DNA of 64,000 bases from Candidatus Kaiserbacteria bacterium (GTDB taxonomy: Bacteria > Patescibacteriota > Minisyncoccia > Phycocordibacterales > UBA2100), in assembly GCA_016186695.1 (NCBI GenBank), contig JACPLC010000001.1, positions 109,718 to 173,717 of the forward strand, in the 5' to 3' direction. The notes under the pieces are model-generated. The model searched no databases. It saw nothing but the letters and a program-made list of their open reading frames with translations, and was not told the DNA's origin. A program made the position numbers and the translations under genes. Position 1 is the stretch's first letter. Each line of letters begins with the position of its first letter. Positions 30,059 to 40,420 of this stretch are shown here, in pieces.

Positions 30059-31138
30059 TCAAGATACCTTGCCGGAGATCAATACATTGTCTCCGAATCT
30101 CATGACAGAGACATCGTTCAAGCGGGATGCGCCGTGGAGCGTCCGCACACCCCTACCTCCGATCGTCGAGGCATCCTTTCCGCCGATGAGGACCGGAGCA
30201 TAGAATGCGTAGACTCGATCGAGAAGCCTTTCATCAAGAAAGCTGCCGATAGTCTTTCCACCCCCTTCCACGAGAATACTCACGATGTTTCGTTTTCGGA
30301 GTTCTCTGAGAAGTCCCCGAAGCGGAATTCCCTTGCCTTTGAATAGGAGAATTGTACTACCGCGTTTCTCCAAAGCCATTTTTTTGCGTCGTGGGGCGCC
30401 GAAAGATGCCGCGATCAGTACGTTCTGGTCGCGGAGCACTTTGGCGGAGAGGGGAATGCGAAGGTCCGGATCGAGAATAATTCGCAGGGGGTCTCTTTTC
30501 CCCTGTGCACGTACGCCCAAGTGCGGGTCGTCAGAGAGAATAGTCCTGATTCCGACGAGCACCGCTTGGTAGCTTCCACGGAGACTTCGTGCATACGCGC
30601 GCGCCTCTTTATTCGTTATCCACTTCGAATCTCCCGTACGTGTTGAGAGTTTGCCATCGAGACTCGCGGCATACTTGAGCCCAATAAAGGGTCGTTTTTT
30701 CCGGTGGAAGGTGAAAAATGCCTCGTTCAGCGCTCTCGCTTCGTTCGCGCACGCGCCAACGCGCACGGGAATACCTGCCTTGCGCAGTCTCGTAATCCCT
30801 TTTCCGTTCACGCGTGGGTTGGGGTCTTTCGTCGCGCAGACGACGCGTTTGATTCCCGCTTGTATGATCGCGTCAACGCACGGCGGTGTTTTGCCGAAAT
30901 GTGCGCACGGTTCCAGGTTTACATATAGTGTTGCACCTCGCGCTCCCTCTCCCGCTTCCGAAAGCGCCTCGATTTCGGCGTGCGATTTTCCTGCGCGCTT
31001 GTGGAAACCACGTGCGGTAACGCGTGTGCCTTTCACGATTACCGCTCCAACCATCGGGTTGGGGTTCGTCCAACCCGCACCTTTTTTGGCAAGGCGGAGC
31101 GCTTCATGCATGAGGGTTTCGTCGAATCGCGGGGCCAT
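30059..31138 (-). CDS. ribD: Bifunctional riboflavin deaminase/reductase
   Basis: PNPMVG, HAE, LEPC.H.GKTPPC, SLDG, VEGG. Confidence 0.96.
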   Translation of the reverse strand: MAPRFDETLMHEALRLAKKGAGWTNPNPMVGAVIVKGTRVTARGFHKRAGKSHAEIEALSEAGEGARGATLYVNLEPCAHFGKTPPCVDAIIQAGIKRVVCATKDPNPRVNGKGITRLRKAGIPVRVGACANEARALNEAFFTFHRKKRPFIGLKYAASLDGKLSTRTGDSKWITNKEARAYARSLRGSYQAVLVGIRTILSDDPHLGVRAQGKRDPLRIILDPDLRIPLSAKVLRDQNVLIAASFGAPRRKKMALEKRGSTILLFKGKGIPLRGLLRELRKRNIVSILVEGGGKTIGSFLDERLLDRVYAFYAPVLIGGKDASTIGGRGVRTLHGASRLNDVSVMRFGDNVLISGKVS

Positions 31139-31140
31139 GT

Positions 31141-32367
31141 TTAGACGCGGAGCAGGCGATGCCCCAATTTCCGCTTCTTTGTTCTCAGGTATTTCACGTT
31201 TGTCCGGCGCGGCTCCACTTCGAGCGGAATAGTGGCGCTGATAGATGTGCCGTATCCCGAGAGCTGCCGCTCTTTTTCGGGATTATTCGTGAGGAGACGT
31301 ATGTCGTGTACGCCGATGTCTTCGAGGATGTGCGCGGCCGCTTCATAGGTACGTCCGTCGGCGGAAAAGCCAAGTGCCTCGTTTGCTTCCACCGTATCGA
31401 AGCCCCTGTCCTGCAGTGCGTAGGCTTTTATTTTGTTCCCAAGTCCGATCCCGCGACCTTCCTGACTCGCGTACACGATGACACCCGAACCCTCCTTACC
31501 GATCCTGCGCATGCTCTCCTTGAGCTGCTCTCCGCAGTCGCAGCGGCGCGAAAAGAGCGTATCGCCCGTGAGGCACTGCGAGTGTACGCGCACGAGCGTA
31601 TTCTTCCGTGGTTTGCCGAGGACGAGCGCAGCGTGTTCGCGTCCGTCGAGAACGGATTTATATGCGGTAACAGCGAATGTTCCATAGGCGGTGGGAAGTG
31701 TCGAAGAGGAGACGCGAACCACGCTCGAGCTGTGTGTCGCGGGCGGCAGGGGATGTTGCTCGAGGTAGCGCACGAGGTCCTCTACCGAGATTATTTTTAT
31801 CTGAAGCGTCCGCGCAAGCCGGAATAGCTCGTGACCTTTTGCCATGCGACCGCTTGTGCCGACGATTTCGCACAAGACTCCCGCTGGTGTTCTTCCCGCG
31901 AGCCGCGCGAGGTCCACCGCTGCTTCTGTATGTCCCCGGCGTTCGAGCAGACCGCCTCTTCGCGCGACGAGTCCGAACACGTGTCCGGGTTTGACGATGT
32001 CTTTCGGTTTCGATCGCGGGTCTACGAGCACGCGGATTGTCTTTGCCCGATCATGCGCGGAAACGCCGGTCGTGATTCCATGCGCGGCGCTCACGGAGAC
32101 GGTAAAGCCCACACCGGTTTTTTCTTTGTTCTCGTCTCTCGGTACCATAAGCGGAAGATGCAAACGACGCGCCTGCGCCTCCGTGATCGCGGCACACACA
32201 AGTCCGCCAGCGCGCTTGATCATCGTTCTCAGTGTGGCGGGAGTTACCGTCTCCGCGGCGATGAAAAGATCGCCCTCGTTTTCGCGTTTGGGACTGTCGA
32301 CGATGATAAGCATCTTGCCTTTTCTCACATCGGCGATTGCTTCCGGTATCGTGCTGAATCTGTTCAT
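31141..32367 (-). CDS. ribBA: DHBP synthase / GTP cyclohydrolase II
   Basis: RENEGD, GHTEAAVDL, RVHSQCLTGD, CDCG, QEGRGIG; start moved to ATG 32367. Confidence 0.96.
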   Translation of the reverse strand: MNRFSTIPEAIADVRKGKMLIIVDSPKRENEGDLFIAAETVTPATLRTMIKRAGGLVCAAITEAQARRLHLPLMVPRDENKEKTGVGFTVSVSAAHGITTGVSAHDRAKTIRVLVDPRSKPKDIVKPGHVFGLVARRGGLLERRGHTEAAVDLARLAGRTPAGVLCEIVGTSGRMAKGHELFRLARTLQIKIISVEDLVRYLEQHPLPPATHSSSVVRVSSSTLPTAYGTFAVTAYKSVLDGREHAALVLGKPRKNTLVRVHSQCLTGDTLFSRRCDCGEQLKESMRRIGKEGSGVIVYASQEGRGIGLGNKIKAYALQDRGFDTVEANEALGFSADGRTYEAAAHILEDIGVHDIRLLTNNPEKERQLSGYGTSISATIPLEVEPRRTNVKYLRTKKRKLGHRLLRV

Positions 32368-32807
32368 AGCTCGGAGAGGGTTCGTATCATCGCCAAGGCC
32401 GATGTAGCAGCTTCGACGCCCTTGTTCTCTTTCTTTCTTGTTGCGCGATCGAGCGCGTCTTCGAGTCGGTAGACAGCGAGCACTTCGAAGATGACCGGTA
32501 TTTCGTATGTTAAGGAAACATCCATACATCCCCGCGCACATTCATTGGCGATTTGCTCGAAATGGTAGGTCTCACCCTTCACGATCGCTCCGAAGACGAT
32601 GAGTGCATCATACGTGCGTTTTTTCGCGATGCTCTTTGCGAGGAGCGGTATCTCAAGTGATCCCGGAACCCTGAAGACGTCGATCTGCGATCTTCTGATG
32701 CCTTTGTGCACAAGTGTATTGATACAGTTTCGCTCAAGCGCGCGCGCGACCTCCATTCGGAAGGAGCTGCTGATAATTGCAATACGGATGTCTTTTGTGT
32801 TCTTCAT
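32364..32807 (-). CDS. ribH: Lumazine synthase
   Basis: VPGSLEIP, GETYHF, NKGVEAA. Confidence 0.95.
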   Translation of the reverse strand: MKNTKDIRIAIISSSFRMEVARALERNCINTLVHKGIRRSQIDVFRVPGSLEIPLLAKSIAKKRTYDALIVFGAIVKGETYHFEQIANECARGCMDVSLTYEIPVIFEVLAVYRLEDALDRATRKKENKGVEAATSALAMIRTLSEL

Positions 32808-33388
32808 GCGTGAGTTTTGAGAAGTTTCTCGAGGTATTTGCCGATAACATCGACCTCGATGTTGACGGGGTCACCCGGTTTGAGCGCGTGCATCGATGTC
32901 GTACGCCACGTATGCGGAATAATGCCGACGGTGAAATGGTTTTGACCGGCGCTCATTACCGTGAGCGAAACGCCGTTGACCGCGATCGATCCTTTCCCGA
33001 CGACATACTTGGAAAGCGTCCGGGGAATCGAAAATCTCAACACCCGATCTTCTTTTTGCCGGTCGATGCGCGCTACGCGTGCGCTTATGTCCACGTGTCC
33101 CTGAACGAGGTGGCCCGAGAGGAATGTGTTCGGCGTAACCGGCAGTTCGAGGTTGACCACAGAGCCTCGGAAGAGCTTCCCGAGATTTGTCCGCACGTTC
33201 GTCTCCGACATTATGTCGGCGGTAAACGTATTTGGACGGCGTCCGACGACGGTGAGGCACACGCCCTCTACGGCAACACTTGTTCCGATCTGTAGTTTTC
33301 CGCAGAAGCCTCGCGTGGCTGAAATTGTCAGACGTGTTTTGTCTGCATTCTTGACTGTTCCTGTGTGTGAAATAATTCCACTGAACAT
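32804..33388 (-). CDS. ribE: Riboflavin synthase
   Basis: MFSGII, GVCLTV, GHLVQGHVD, KGSIAVNGVSLT (called ribC in E. coli nomenclature). Confidence 0.95.
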   Translation of the reverse strand: MFSGIISHTGTVKNADKTRLTISATRGFCGKLQIGTSVAVEGVCLTVVGRRPNTFTADIMSETNVRTNLGKLFRGSVVNLELPVTPNTFLSGHLVQGHVDISARVARIDRQKEDRVLRFSIPRTLSKYVVGKGSIAVNGVSLTVMSAGQNHFTVGIIPHTWRTTSMHALKPGDPVNIEVDVIGKYLEKLLKTHA

Positions 33389-33389
33389 A

Positions 33390-33414
33390 AGAAAAACCCC
33401 GCTGCTTCGGGGTT
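33390..33414 (-). terminator. Riboswitch expression-platform terminator
   Basis: AACCCCG-AAGCAG-CGGGGTT followed by TTTCTT then the start codon, on the minus strand. Confidence 0.65.
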
Positions 33415-33440
33415 ATGCGCTCCGCTCGAAAGAGCGGTCT

Positions 33441-33594
33441 TCCTTCTTTTATCCCGACTGTACGGTCGGTCGCGGGATCTCACCGCAGTCGTGTCCCGAC
33501 TTTTGTCAGGACTCGTGGACTCGCCCCTCGAGAGGAGCTCTACCACCGATTGGGACTTTCCGCCAATCTGGCGGATCACCCAAACCCCGAAGGA
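33441..33594 (-). ncRNA. FMN riboswitch (RFN element)
   Basis: CTTCGGGG..GGGTG..AAAGTCCC.ATCGGTGGTA..AGTCCACGA..GCGGTGAGATCCCGC.ACCGACCGTACAGTCGGGAT..GAAG upstream of the rib operon. Confidence 0.93.
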
Positions 33595-33725
33595 AATGTA
33601 AGTATACCGCTCGCTTCAACGAAAGCCAACCGTTATACTTTCGAAATGCAGAGCAAAGAAACGATAGCGGCTATGGTGCTTCTTTTTGCGATGTATAAGG
33701 TAGCTAAACTCAATCGCGAGAAAAG

Positions 33726-34751
33726 CTAGCGATCCAAGCCCAAACTGATGCCGTTGATGATTTGAGGAATAATGTGAACAAGCGGCCCAGCTGATCCACG
33801 CTCGACGTATATTCGTAACTCCAACATGCTATCGCCGCGATCTATCAATAGAATAGCGGAAAAATAAATGAGAGAATCAAATTCCTGCATCCCGTAGAGC
33901 CAATACACCGGCAAGTTGTTCAGCGTACTTTTTGTTGTGCTCGAAATGTCCATTCTACGCTGCGACGACCACTTCTTCTGATAGTTTTGTGCGTACGAAT
34001 CAAACGTCGCGCCATATGAGTCGAATTGCATACTAGTATCGTAGAGATACCTGATCATTCCTATGTGTACAATGCCAACGCTATTGCCTCTTCTATCTTT
34101 GCCGACGAGGTTTATAGATTTTAGAGGACCGGATGAGAAATCCTTTTCCCACCCTTCAGGGTAAGGAACACTCAATGTGCTGCTTGGGTCATCAGAAATC
34201 CAGTCAAGCCGTGTCCAGAATTCGCTTGGGATAACTGCCGTCGAGACAGTAAAAGAGTATGGGTTATCCAAGCCTAGATCGGATGAATAGCATAGAAAAG
34301 AGTATTCGCCGTCCCATTCACATGCCGAGAAATAAGGTCCGCCGAAGGTGTCGGCATTTGAGGCGGTGTATGATTTTTTATCATGGTCGAAATTGAAATC
34401 GCCAAAATATCTGTCATTTTCCAGAACTGAAAGACTAAAAGGATACGTACCGTGTTCTCGCTTGTATGTATCAATAGCAGTCGCCACCTGGAAAAGGCTC
34501 AGTGAATTTTGTTGCGGAGTAGTTTTCAGTTCTCCACCATCGGATGTGCCGAACATATTTTGTTGCTCTCTAAGTGATGGCCCGTTCTGAGCATTTATTT
34601 GCGTAAGAAATGTGCTTTCAGGTGTTGGTAAAGAGGTGGCCGTGGTTCTCGCAGGAGAGCGAAAGACCCAAAAAACGATGCCGAGCAGAGCTGCAATTGT
34701 TACAAAGACAGCAACGTAGATACCGAAATGTGTATTGTGCTGCGGGTTCAC
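33726..34751 (-). CDS. Membrane-anchored hypothetical protein, AT-richer
   Basis: N-terminal TM; pseudopilin-like [13 protein letters not shown] segment; C-terminal YPEGW (PsbP-like) region. Confidence 0.7.
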   Translation of the reverse strand: MNPQHNTHFGIYVAVFVTIAALLGIVFWVFRSPARTTATSLPTPESTFLTQINAQNGPSLREQQNMFGTSDGGELKTTPQQNSLSLFQVATAIDTYKREHGTYPFSLSVLENDRYFGDFNFDHDKKSYTASNADTFGGPYFSACEWDGEYSFLCYSSDLGLDNPYSFTVSTAVIPSEFWTRLDWISDDPSSTLSVPYPEGWEKDFSSGPLKSINLVGKDRRGNSVGIVHIGMIRYLYDTSMQFDSYGATFDSYAQNYQKKWSSQRRMDISSTTKSTLNNLPVYWLYGMQEFDSLIYFSAILLIDRGDSMLELRIYVERGSAGPLVHIIPQIINGISLGLDR

Positions 34752-34820
34752 GCACTTAGTATCCCACGTCGACGCATCGCTTCGTTGGCGAGGCAGATAA
34801 TAGGTGGATATACTGCTTCA

Positions 34821-35699
34821 ATGCAGAAAGAGGTGATCGAAGGGCGCATTGCGGAGATCGAGGCGCAGATGGGAGCCGCGGATTTTTGGGCTGACAAAGA
34901 AAAAGCGCAGGCGGCGCTCAAAGAGTATCAGGAACTGAAGCAAAGATTGGCGGGGGCGGGAAGTTACGACAAGGGGAATGCCATACTCTCCATCGTTTCT
35001 GGCGCAGGCGGTGACGATGCGGAAGATTTTTCCCGCATGCTCTTCGAGATGTTTACGAAGTACGCCGCCTCTCGAGGCTGGCGTACGCCTCTTCTTTCGT
35101 CCAACCAGAATACGATGGGCGGCTTTCGCAGTGTCTCGTGCGAGGTAGTGGGGCAGGGTGCCTACGGTACGCTCAAAAACGAGGCGGGCGTGCACCGGCT
35201 CGTGCGTCTCTCGCCCTTCGGGCAGGGCAAACGGCAGACCAGCTTTTCGCTTGTCGAGGTGTTGCCGGAGTTGCCAGATGTGGGCGAGGCGCATATTCCC
35301 GAAGGCGAGCTCGAAATTACCGTGGCGCGCTCCGGCGGCCCCGGCGGACAGAACGTCAACAAGCGTGATACAGCAGTACGCATGACCCATAAACCCACCG
35401 GCATCTCCGTGCACGTCACTTCCGAGCGTAGTCAGGCACAAAATCGTGAAAAGGCCCTCGAAATACTGCGTGGAAAACTCTTTCAAATGCGCGAAGATGC
35501 CCAAAAACGCGAAGCGCGCGGGTATTCTGCAGGAGCATCCACCAAGATCGAGTGGGGAAGCCAGATCCGTTCCTACGTGCTTCATCCGTACCAGCTTGTA
35601 AAGGATCACCGGACCGACCACGAGCGACGCGATGTCGAAAAAGTGCTTAATGGAGATATACAGTCGTTCATCGATGCAGAATCGAAGTTGGAATCCTGA
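34821..35699 (+). CDS. prfB: Peptide chain release factor 2 (shortened, no frameshift)
   Basis: [34 protein letters not shown]. Confidence 0.93.
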   Translation: MQKEVIEGRIAEIEAQMGAADFWADKEKAQAALKEYQELKQRLAGAGSYDKGNAILSIVSGAGGDDAEDFSRMLFEMFTKYAASRGWRTPLLSSNQNTMGGFRSVSCEVVGQGAYGTLKNEAGVHRLVRLSPFGQGKRQTSFSLVEVLPELPDVGEAHIPEGELEITVARSGGPGGQNVNKRDTAVRMTHKPTGISVHVTSERSQAQNREKALEILRGKLFQMREDAQKREARGYSAGASTKIEWGSQIRSYVLHPYQLVKDHRTDHERRDVEKVLNGDIQSFIDAESKLES

Positions 35700-35774
35700 A
35701 TCGGAAGGGTATAATACTCGAATGCGTTTTGCATTGCTGCGCACTACTAACCACACGCTACGGGCTATCCTTCC

Positions 35775-36455
35775 ATGATTTACTACGACAAGGTTACAAA
35801 AATCTATAACGGAGATTCGCCTGCGGTTCAGGACATTACACTCGGTATCGATCCGAGCGAATTTGTTTCCATCGTTGGCCATTCGGGCGCTGGCAAGTCT
35901 ACGCTCCTCAAGATGCTTTTTGCAGAAGTCTACCCGACGGAAGGCGCTGTGTATTTTGGTTCTCGCGAGATCAAGGCGATGCGCGGTAAGGAATTACGCG
36001 ATCTGCGGCGGAACATCGGGACGATTTTTCAGGATTTCCGGCTTTTGCCCACCAAAACGGTGTATGAAAACATCGCGTTTGCGCTCGAGGTGGCCGGCAA
36101 ATCCGAGGATGATATTGCCGCCGACGTCCCGCACGTATTGGAACTCGTTGGGCTCCCCGACAAGATGTGGAGTTTTCCATCCCAGCTCTCGGGGGGGGAG
36201 CAGCAGCGGGTCGCGATCGCGCGCGCGATCGTCAACCAGCCCGACGTTCTGATTGCCGATGAGCCCACCGGCAATCTCGATCCCATCAACACGCACGACG
36301 TGGTTGAAATTCTTAAAAAAATCAACGATCTCGGTACCACTGTCTTTCTCGCCACGCACAACAAGAGTGTCGTGGATTCGATCGGCCGTCGTGTCGTCGT
36401 GATGGATCAGGGCAGGGTTGTGCGCGACGACAAATCGGGCAAGTACGTGTTGTAG
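35775..36455 (+). CDS. ftsE: Cell division ATP-binding protein FtsE
   Basis: [33 protein letters not shown]; followed by ftsX. Confidence 0.93.
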   Translation: MIYYDKVTKIYNGDSPAVQDITLGIDPSEFVSIVGHSGAGKSTLLKMLFAEVYPTEGAVYFGSREIKAMRGKELRDLRRNIGTIFQDFRLLPTKTVYENIAFALEVAGKSEDDIAADVPHVLELVGLPDKMWSFPSQLSGGEQQRVAIARAIVNQPDVLIADEPTGNLDPINTHDVVEILKKINDLGTTVFLATHNKSVVDSIGRRVVVMDQGRVVRDDKSGKYVL

Positions 36456-36464
36456 AATTCAAGT

Positions 36465-37385
36465 ATGAGTACATGGGTCAATGTGAAGCGGGTGGCGAGG
36501 TACGGGCTCATTGGTTTCGTGCGCAACGGATTTGTGTCACTCGCGGCGGTTCTTATTATGACTATCACGCTCTTTGTCGCTGCAGGCCTCCTTATTCTCG
36601 GAGCTGCACTTAGCTCAACGCTGCAGCAGCTCACCGAAAAAGTAGATGTGACCGTCTACTTCACAACGAATGCATCCGAGGAGCAGGTTCGAGAGGTGCG
36701 AGGCTCACTCGAGGCACTTTCCGAAGTTGCTGTTGTGACCTACATAAGCCGCGAAGAGGCGCTCGCCATCTTCCGCGAGCGTCACAAGAACGATCAGCTT
36801 ACACTGCAGGCACTCGACGAACTCGGTGAAAATCCTCTCGGCGCTTCGCTCGAGATCCGCGCGAAAGAGACGAGCCAATACGAATCGATCGCTCGTTCGC
36901 TCGAAGCCATGCAGGAAGGTGGCGAAAGTGGCATTGATAAGGTGAATTTCTTCCAGAACAAGACCGCCATCGATCGTCTTACCAATATTATTGAAACCTC
37001 GGGGCGGCTCGGCATCGCGATCTCGCTCGTTCTGGGGCTTGCGACGGTGCTTATCGCCTTCAATACAGTGAGGCTTGCCATCTACACGGCACGGGATGAG
37101 ATCGGCGTTATGAATCTCGTGGGTGCCTCGCGTTGGTACGTACGCGGACCTTTTATGATAACCGGCGTACTCTACGGGCTCATAAGTGGTCTCATTGTGC
37201 TTCTCCTCCTGTATCCTCTTACACTCTGGATAGGTCCCGGGAGCGAGCGCTTTTTCGGCTCGTTCAATGTGTTTTCCTACTTTATCAGCTCGTTCCCCCT
37301 CGTATTTCTTGTCGTGATGGGTTCTGGGATCGGGCTTGGCGCACTTTCCAGCTATCTCGCGGTTCGCCGATACTTGCATACATAA
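36465..37385 (+). CDS. ftsX: Cell division permease FtsX
   Basis: ENPL, NTVRLAI..R..EI..M.LVGA; 4 TM segments. Confidence 0.93.
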   Translation: MSTWVNVKRVARYGLIGFVRNGFVSLAAVLIMTITLFVAAGLLILGAALSSTLQQLTEKVDVTVYFTTNASEEQVREVRGSLEALSEVAVVTYISREEALAIFRERHKNDQLTLQALDELGENPLGASLEIRAKETSQYESIARSLEAMQEGGESGIDKVNFFQNKTAIDRLTNIIETSGRLGIAISLVLGLATVLIAFNTVRLAIYTARDEIGVMNLVGASRWYVRGPFMITGVLYGLISGLIVLLLLYPLTLWIGPGSERFFGSFNVFSYFISSFPLVFLVVMGSGIGLGALSSYLAVRRYLHT

Positions 37386-37401
37386 AGAGAGAGGGTCGCT
37401 C

Positions 37402-37475
37402 GGGCGGGAGCGTTTTCCGCCTGCGGGACTCGCTTCGCTTCGAACAAGGTCCTCGGCGAAAAAGCGCTCCTGCCC
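37402..37475. repeat. Structured intergenic element, family 1, copy B
   Basis: Stem GGGCGGGAGCG/CGCTCCTGCCC around GCCTGCGGGACTCGCTTCGCTTCGAACAAGGTCCTCGGC. Confidence 0.85.
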
Positions 37476-37528
37476 TCACTAGGCACTCTCACTGCCCGCT
37501 CGTGGATTGTGTGTTATGATGGAGCCCG

Positions 37529-39190
37529 ATGAAGCGGCGTGCGCAGAGCGGGCATAAGTATATTTTTGTTGTCGGTGGGGTGATGTCCGGCGTCGGCAAA
37601 GGGATTGCGACGGCCTCGATCGGAAAACTACTCACCGCACGCGGAGTATCGGTGAATCTCGTCAAGATTGATCCGTATCTCAATGTGGATGCGGGTACCA
37701 TGAACCCAATAGAGCATGGGGAGGTTTTTGTTTTGGATTCCGGATTGGAAACGGACCAGGACATGGGAAACTACGAGCGATTTCTCGAGCGCGATCTTGG
37801 CGGAGACGACTACATGACGAGCGGTATGGTGTATGGCTCGGTAATTGCCCGCGAGCGTAATCTTGGCTATGGAGGAAAATGTGTCGAGACGATCCCACAT
37901 GTGCGCGATGAAGTGATCGAGCGTCTGCGGCGCGCCGCAGACGTATCGAACTCCGACATTTCGGTGGTGGAGATCGGCGGCACGGTCGGCGATTTTCAGA
38001 ACGCACTCTACATGGACGCGGCGCGTGTGATACACCTGCTTTCTCCCCACGACGTGCTCTTTGTCATGGTTTCATATTTGCCCGTACCTGGAACATTGGG
38101 AGAAATGAAAACGAAGCCGACACAAAACGCGGTGCGTCTTCTCAACTCCTATGGCGTACAACCCGACATCATCATCGCGCGCGCCGCGCATCCGCTCGAT
38201 CGGAAGCGCAAGGAAAAGCTCGCCATCAGCTGCAACGTGCATCCCGCCATGATCGTCTCCGCACCCGACGTTGAAAGTATTTACGATGTCCCAGTCAACT
38301 TCGAGCGCGACAAGCTCTCCGATATTCTGCTCGAGTCGCTCGGGTATGAAGAGAAGCCAGAGGCCGATCTCTCTGTGTGGAAAGAATTTGCCGACAAGGC
38401 GCGAAACGGCGGGAAGCGGGTAAAGATTGGCATTGTCGGCAAGTATTTTGATACGGGAGACTTCGTGCTCTCGGACGCGTACATCTCGGTCATCGAATCA
38501 ATAAAATTCTCCGCGTACGCCCATGACGCGAAACCAGAGATCCACTGGCTGAACGCAAAAACTTACGAAGCGAATCCGAAAGCTGTCGCCGAGCTCGAAG
38601 ACTATGATGGAATCTTAGTACCGGGGGGTTTCGGTGAGACAGGTATTGAAGGGAAGATCGCAGCAATCAAATTCGCGAGGGAGAACAAGATCCCGTATTT
38701 CGGTCTTTGCTATGGCATGCAGCTTATGACGGTCGAATACGCGAGGAATGTTGGAGGCCTTAAGAACGCGCATACCACCGAAATAAATCCCGAAACACCA
38801 CATCCCATTATCATGATATTGCCTGAACAGGTCGAGAAGTTGGCGAAGAAAGACTACGGCGGTTCGATGCGTCTCGGGGCATACCCATGCGATCTTGTCG
38901 AAGGGACGATTGCGCGCAAGGCCTATGGCAAAGAATCTATTTCAGAGCGTCACCGTCACCGCTACGAAGTAAATCCGGAATACATCGAGCGTCTCTCGAA
39001 AGCAGGCCTTGTTTTCTCCGGAATATCACCTGATCGCCGCCTGATGGAGATCGCCGAGCTTCCAAAAAAGGAACATCCCTTCATGCTCGGAACGCAGTTC
39101 CATCCCGAAATGAAAGCGCGCCCGCTTTCGCCGCATCCTTTGTTCAGTGCCTTCATCAAAGCAGCCATTGAGCGAAAGAAGAAGGCATAG
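37529..39190 (+). CDS. pyrG: CTP synthase
   Basis: GGVMSGVGKG, KIDPYLNVDAGTM, KTKPTQ, GLCYGMQ, RHRHRYE, QFHPE. Confidence 0.97.
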   Translation: MKRRAQSGHKYIFVVGGVMSGVGKGIATASIGKLLTARGVSVNLVKIDPYLNVDAGTMNPIEHGEVFVLDSGLETDQDMGNYERFLERDLGGDDYMTSGMVYGSVIARERNLGYGGKCVETIPHVRDEVIERLRRAADVSNSDISVVEIGGTVGDFQNALYMDAARVIHLLSPHDVLFVMVSYLPVPGTLGEMKTKPTQNAVRLLNSYGVQPDIIIARAAHPLDRKRKEKLAISCNVHPAMIVSAPDVESIYDVPVNFERDKLSDILLESLGYEEKPEADLSVWKEFADKARNGGKRVKIGIVGKYFDTGDFVLSDAYISVIESIKFSAYAHDAKPEIHWLNAKTYEANPKAVAELEDYDGILVPGGFGETGIEGKIAAIKFARENKIPYFGLCYGMQLMTVEYARNVGGLKNAHTTEINPETPHPIIMILPEQVEKLAKKDYGGSMRLGAYPCDLVEGTIARKAYGKESISERHRHRYEVNPEYIERLSKAGLVFSGISPDRRLMEIAELPKKEHPFMLGTQFHPEMKARPLSPHPLFSAFIKAAIERKKKA

Positions 39191-39235
39191 TCAAGCATCG
39201 GCTTGACTTTCGTTCGTGCGTGAGTAGCATGGAAC

Positions 39236-40282
39236 ATGGTTGCCAAAATTTTAGAACGTGGGTTCACTTTCGACGACGTGCTTATCGTCCCGAACGAAAG
39301 CCGGATTGAACCTGCGGAAGCATCTCTCCAAGCGACCGTATGCGGGATCACCCTCAAAGTCCCGTTCCTTTCTGCTGCAATGGATCGCGTCACTGAAACC
39401 TCCATGGCGATTGCGCTCGGCAAGCTCGGGGGCTTGGGTGTTTTGCATCGCAACCTTTCAATAGAAGAGCAAGTAAAGATGGTGCGAGAAGTGAAGAAGA
39501 CTGGCGTTCCTGTTGCGGCGGCATGCGGGCCTTTTGCAGCGGATCGTGCCAAGGCACTGGATGATGCCGGAGTCGATGTGATCGTCATCGATTGCGCACA
39601 CGGGCACAATTTAAATGTTGTTGATAGCGCCAAGAAGATCAAGAAATCGCTCAAGCACGCAAAAATGATCTTCGGGAATATCGCGACCGCCGAGGCGGCA
39701 TATGCAGCCTGCACCTTTGCTGATGCGGTAAAGGTCGGCGTCGGGCCCGGCTCGATTTGCACAACACGGATAATTTCGGGTGTCGGCGTACCGCAACTTT
39801 CTACGATCCTCGACGTTGTTTCTGTCGCGGCGAAAAAGAAGGTGCCTGTCATTGCCGACGGCGGGATGCGTACCTCGGGCGATATTGCGAAGGCACTCGC
39901 TGCGGGCGCTTCCGCGGTGATGCTCGGAAACATTTTTGCCGGTACCGACGAGACACCAGGCAAGACGATTGAAAAAGGAGGGAGGAAATACAAAGAGTAC
40001 CGCGGCATGGGTTCAAAGTCAGTTATCGAGAGTGCGGCGGGGAAGGAGCGCTACTTCACACACGGACGCAAAGCGGTTCCCGAGGGTGTTGAAGCACTTG
40101 TGCCGTATAAGGGGCCTGTCGCAGAGACTGTTGCCGAGCTTTCTTCCGGCATACAGGTGGGCATGGGATACGTGGGTGCGCGTAATTTCAAGGAGTTCCA
40201 TGCGAAAGCGAAGTTCATTCGCATTACGAACGCCTCGATCGCCGAAGGAAAACCGCATTCACTTTCTGGGATAACTGGTTGA
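39236..40282 (+). CDS. guaB: IMP dehydrogenase lacking CBS domains
   Basis: SAAMDRVTE, GPGSICTTR, ADGG, YRGMGS, RY flap, VPEG. Confidence 0.9.
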   Translation: MVAKILERGFTFDDVLIVPNESRIEPAEASLQATVCGITLKVPFLSAAMDRVTETSMAIALGKLGGLGVLHRNLSIEEQVKMVREVKKTGVPVAAACGPFAADRAKALDDAGVDVIVIDCAHGHNLNVVDSAKKIKKSLKHAKMIFGNIATAEAAYAACTFADAVKVGVGPGSICTTRIISGVGVPQLSTILDVVSVAAKKKVPVIADGGMRTSGDIAKALAAGASAVMLGNIFAGTDETPGKTIEKGGRKYKEYRGMGSKSVIESAAGKERYFTHGRKAVPEGVEALVPYKGPVAETVAELSSGIQVGMGYVGARNFKEFHAKAKFIRITNASIAEGKPHSLSGITG

Positions 40283-40283
40283 C

Positions 40284-40373
40284 GCGAGGACGGAGATCGT
40301 TTTCCGCCTGCGGGACTCCCCGCCGGCTGGCGGGTCGAACAGGTCCTCGGCGAAAAAGCGCTCCCGTCCTCGC
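40284..40373. repeat. Structured intergenic element, family 1, copy C (apical hairpin replaced)
   Basis: Stem GCGAGGACGG/CCGTCCTCGC; core has CCCGCCGGCTGGCGGG in place of GCTTCGC. Confidence 0.85.
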
Positions 40374-40420
40374 TGATAGGAGAAAATTGCATTCAATACC
40401 CTGTATCGTAAAGTGCTCGC

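Noticed and set aside
34728-34830. Programmed +1 frameshift or longer N-terminus of prfB
   Set aside because: No CTT-TGA site; the upstream in-frame stretch overlaps the divergent gene and does not resemble RF2
34818-35882. Long antisense ORFs (also 38962-40008, 46937-48004, 59633-60493)
   Set aside because: Mirror frames of well-supported genes, expected at this GC content
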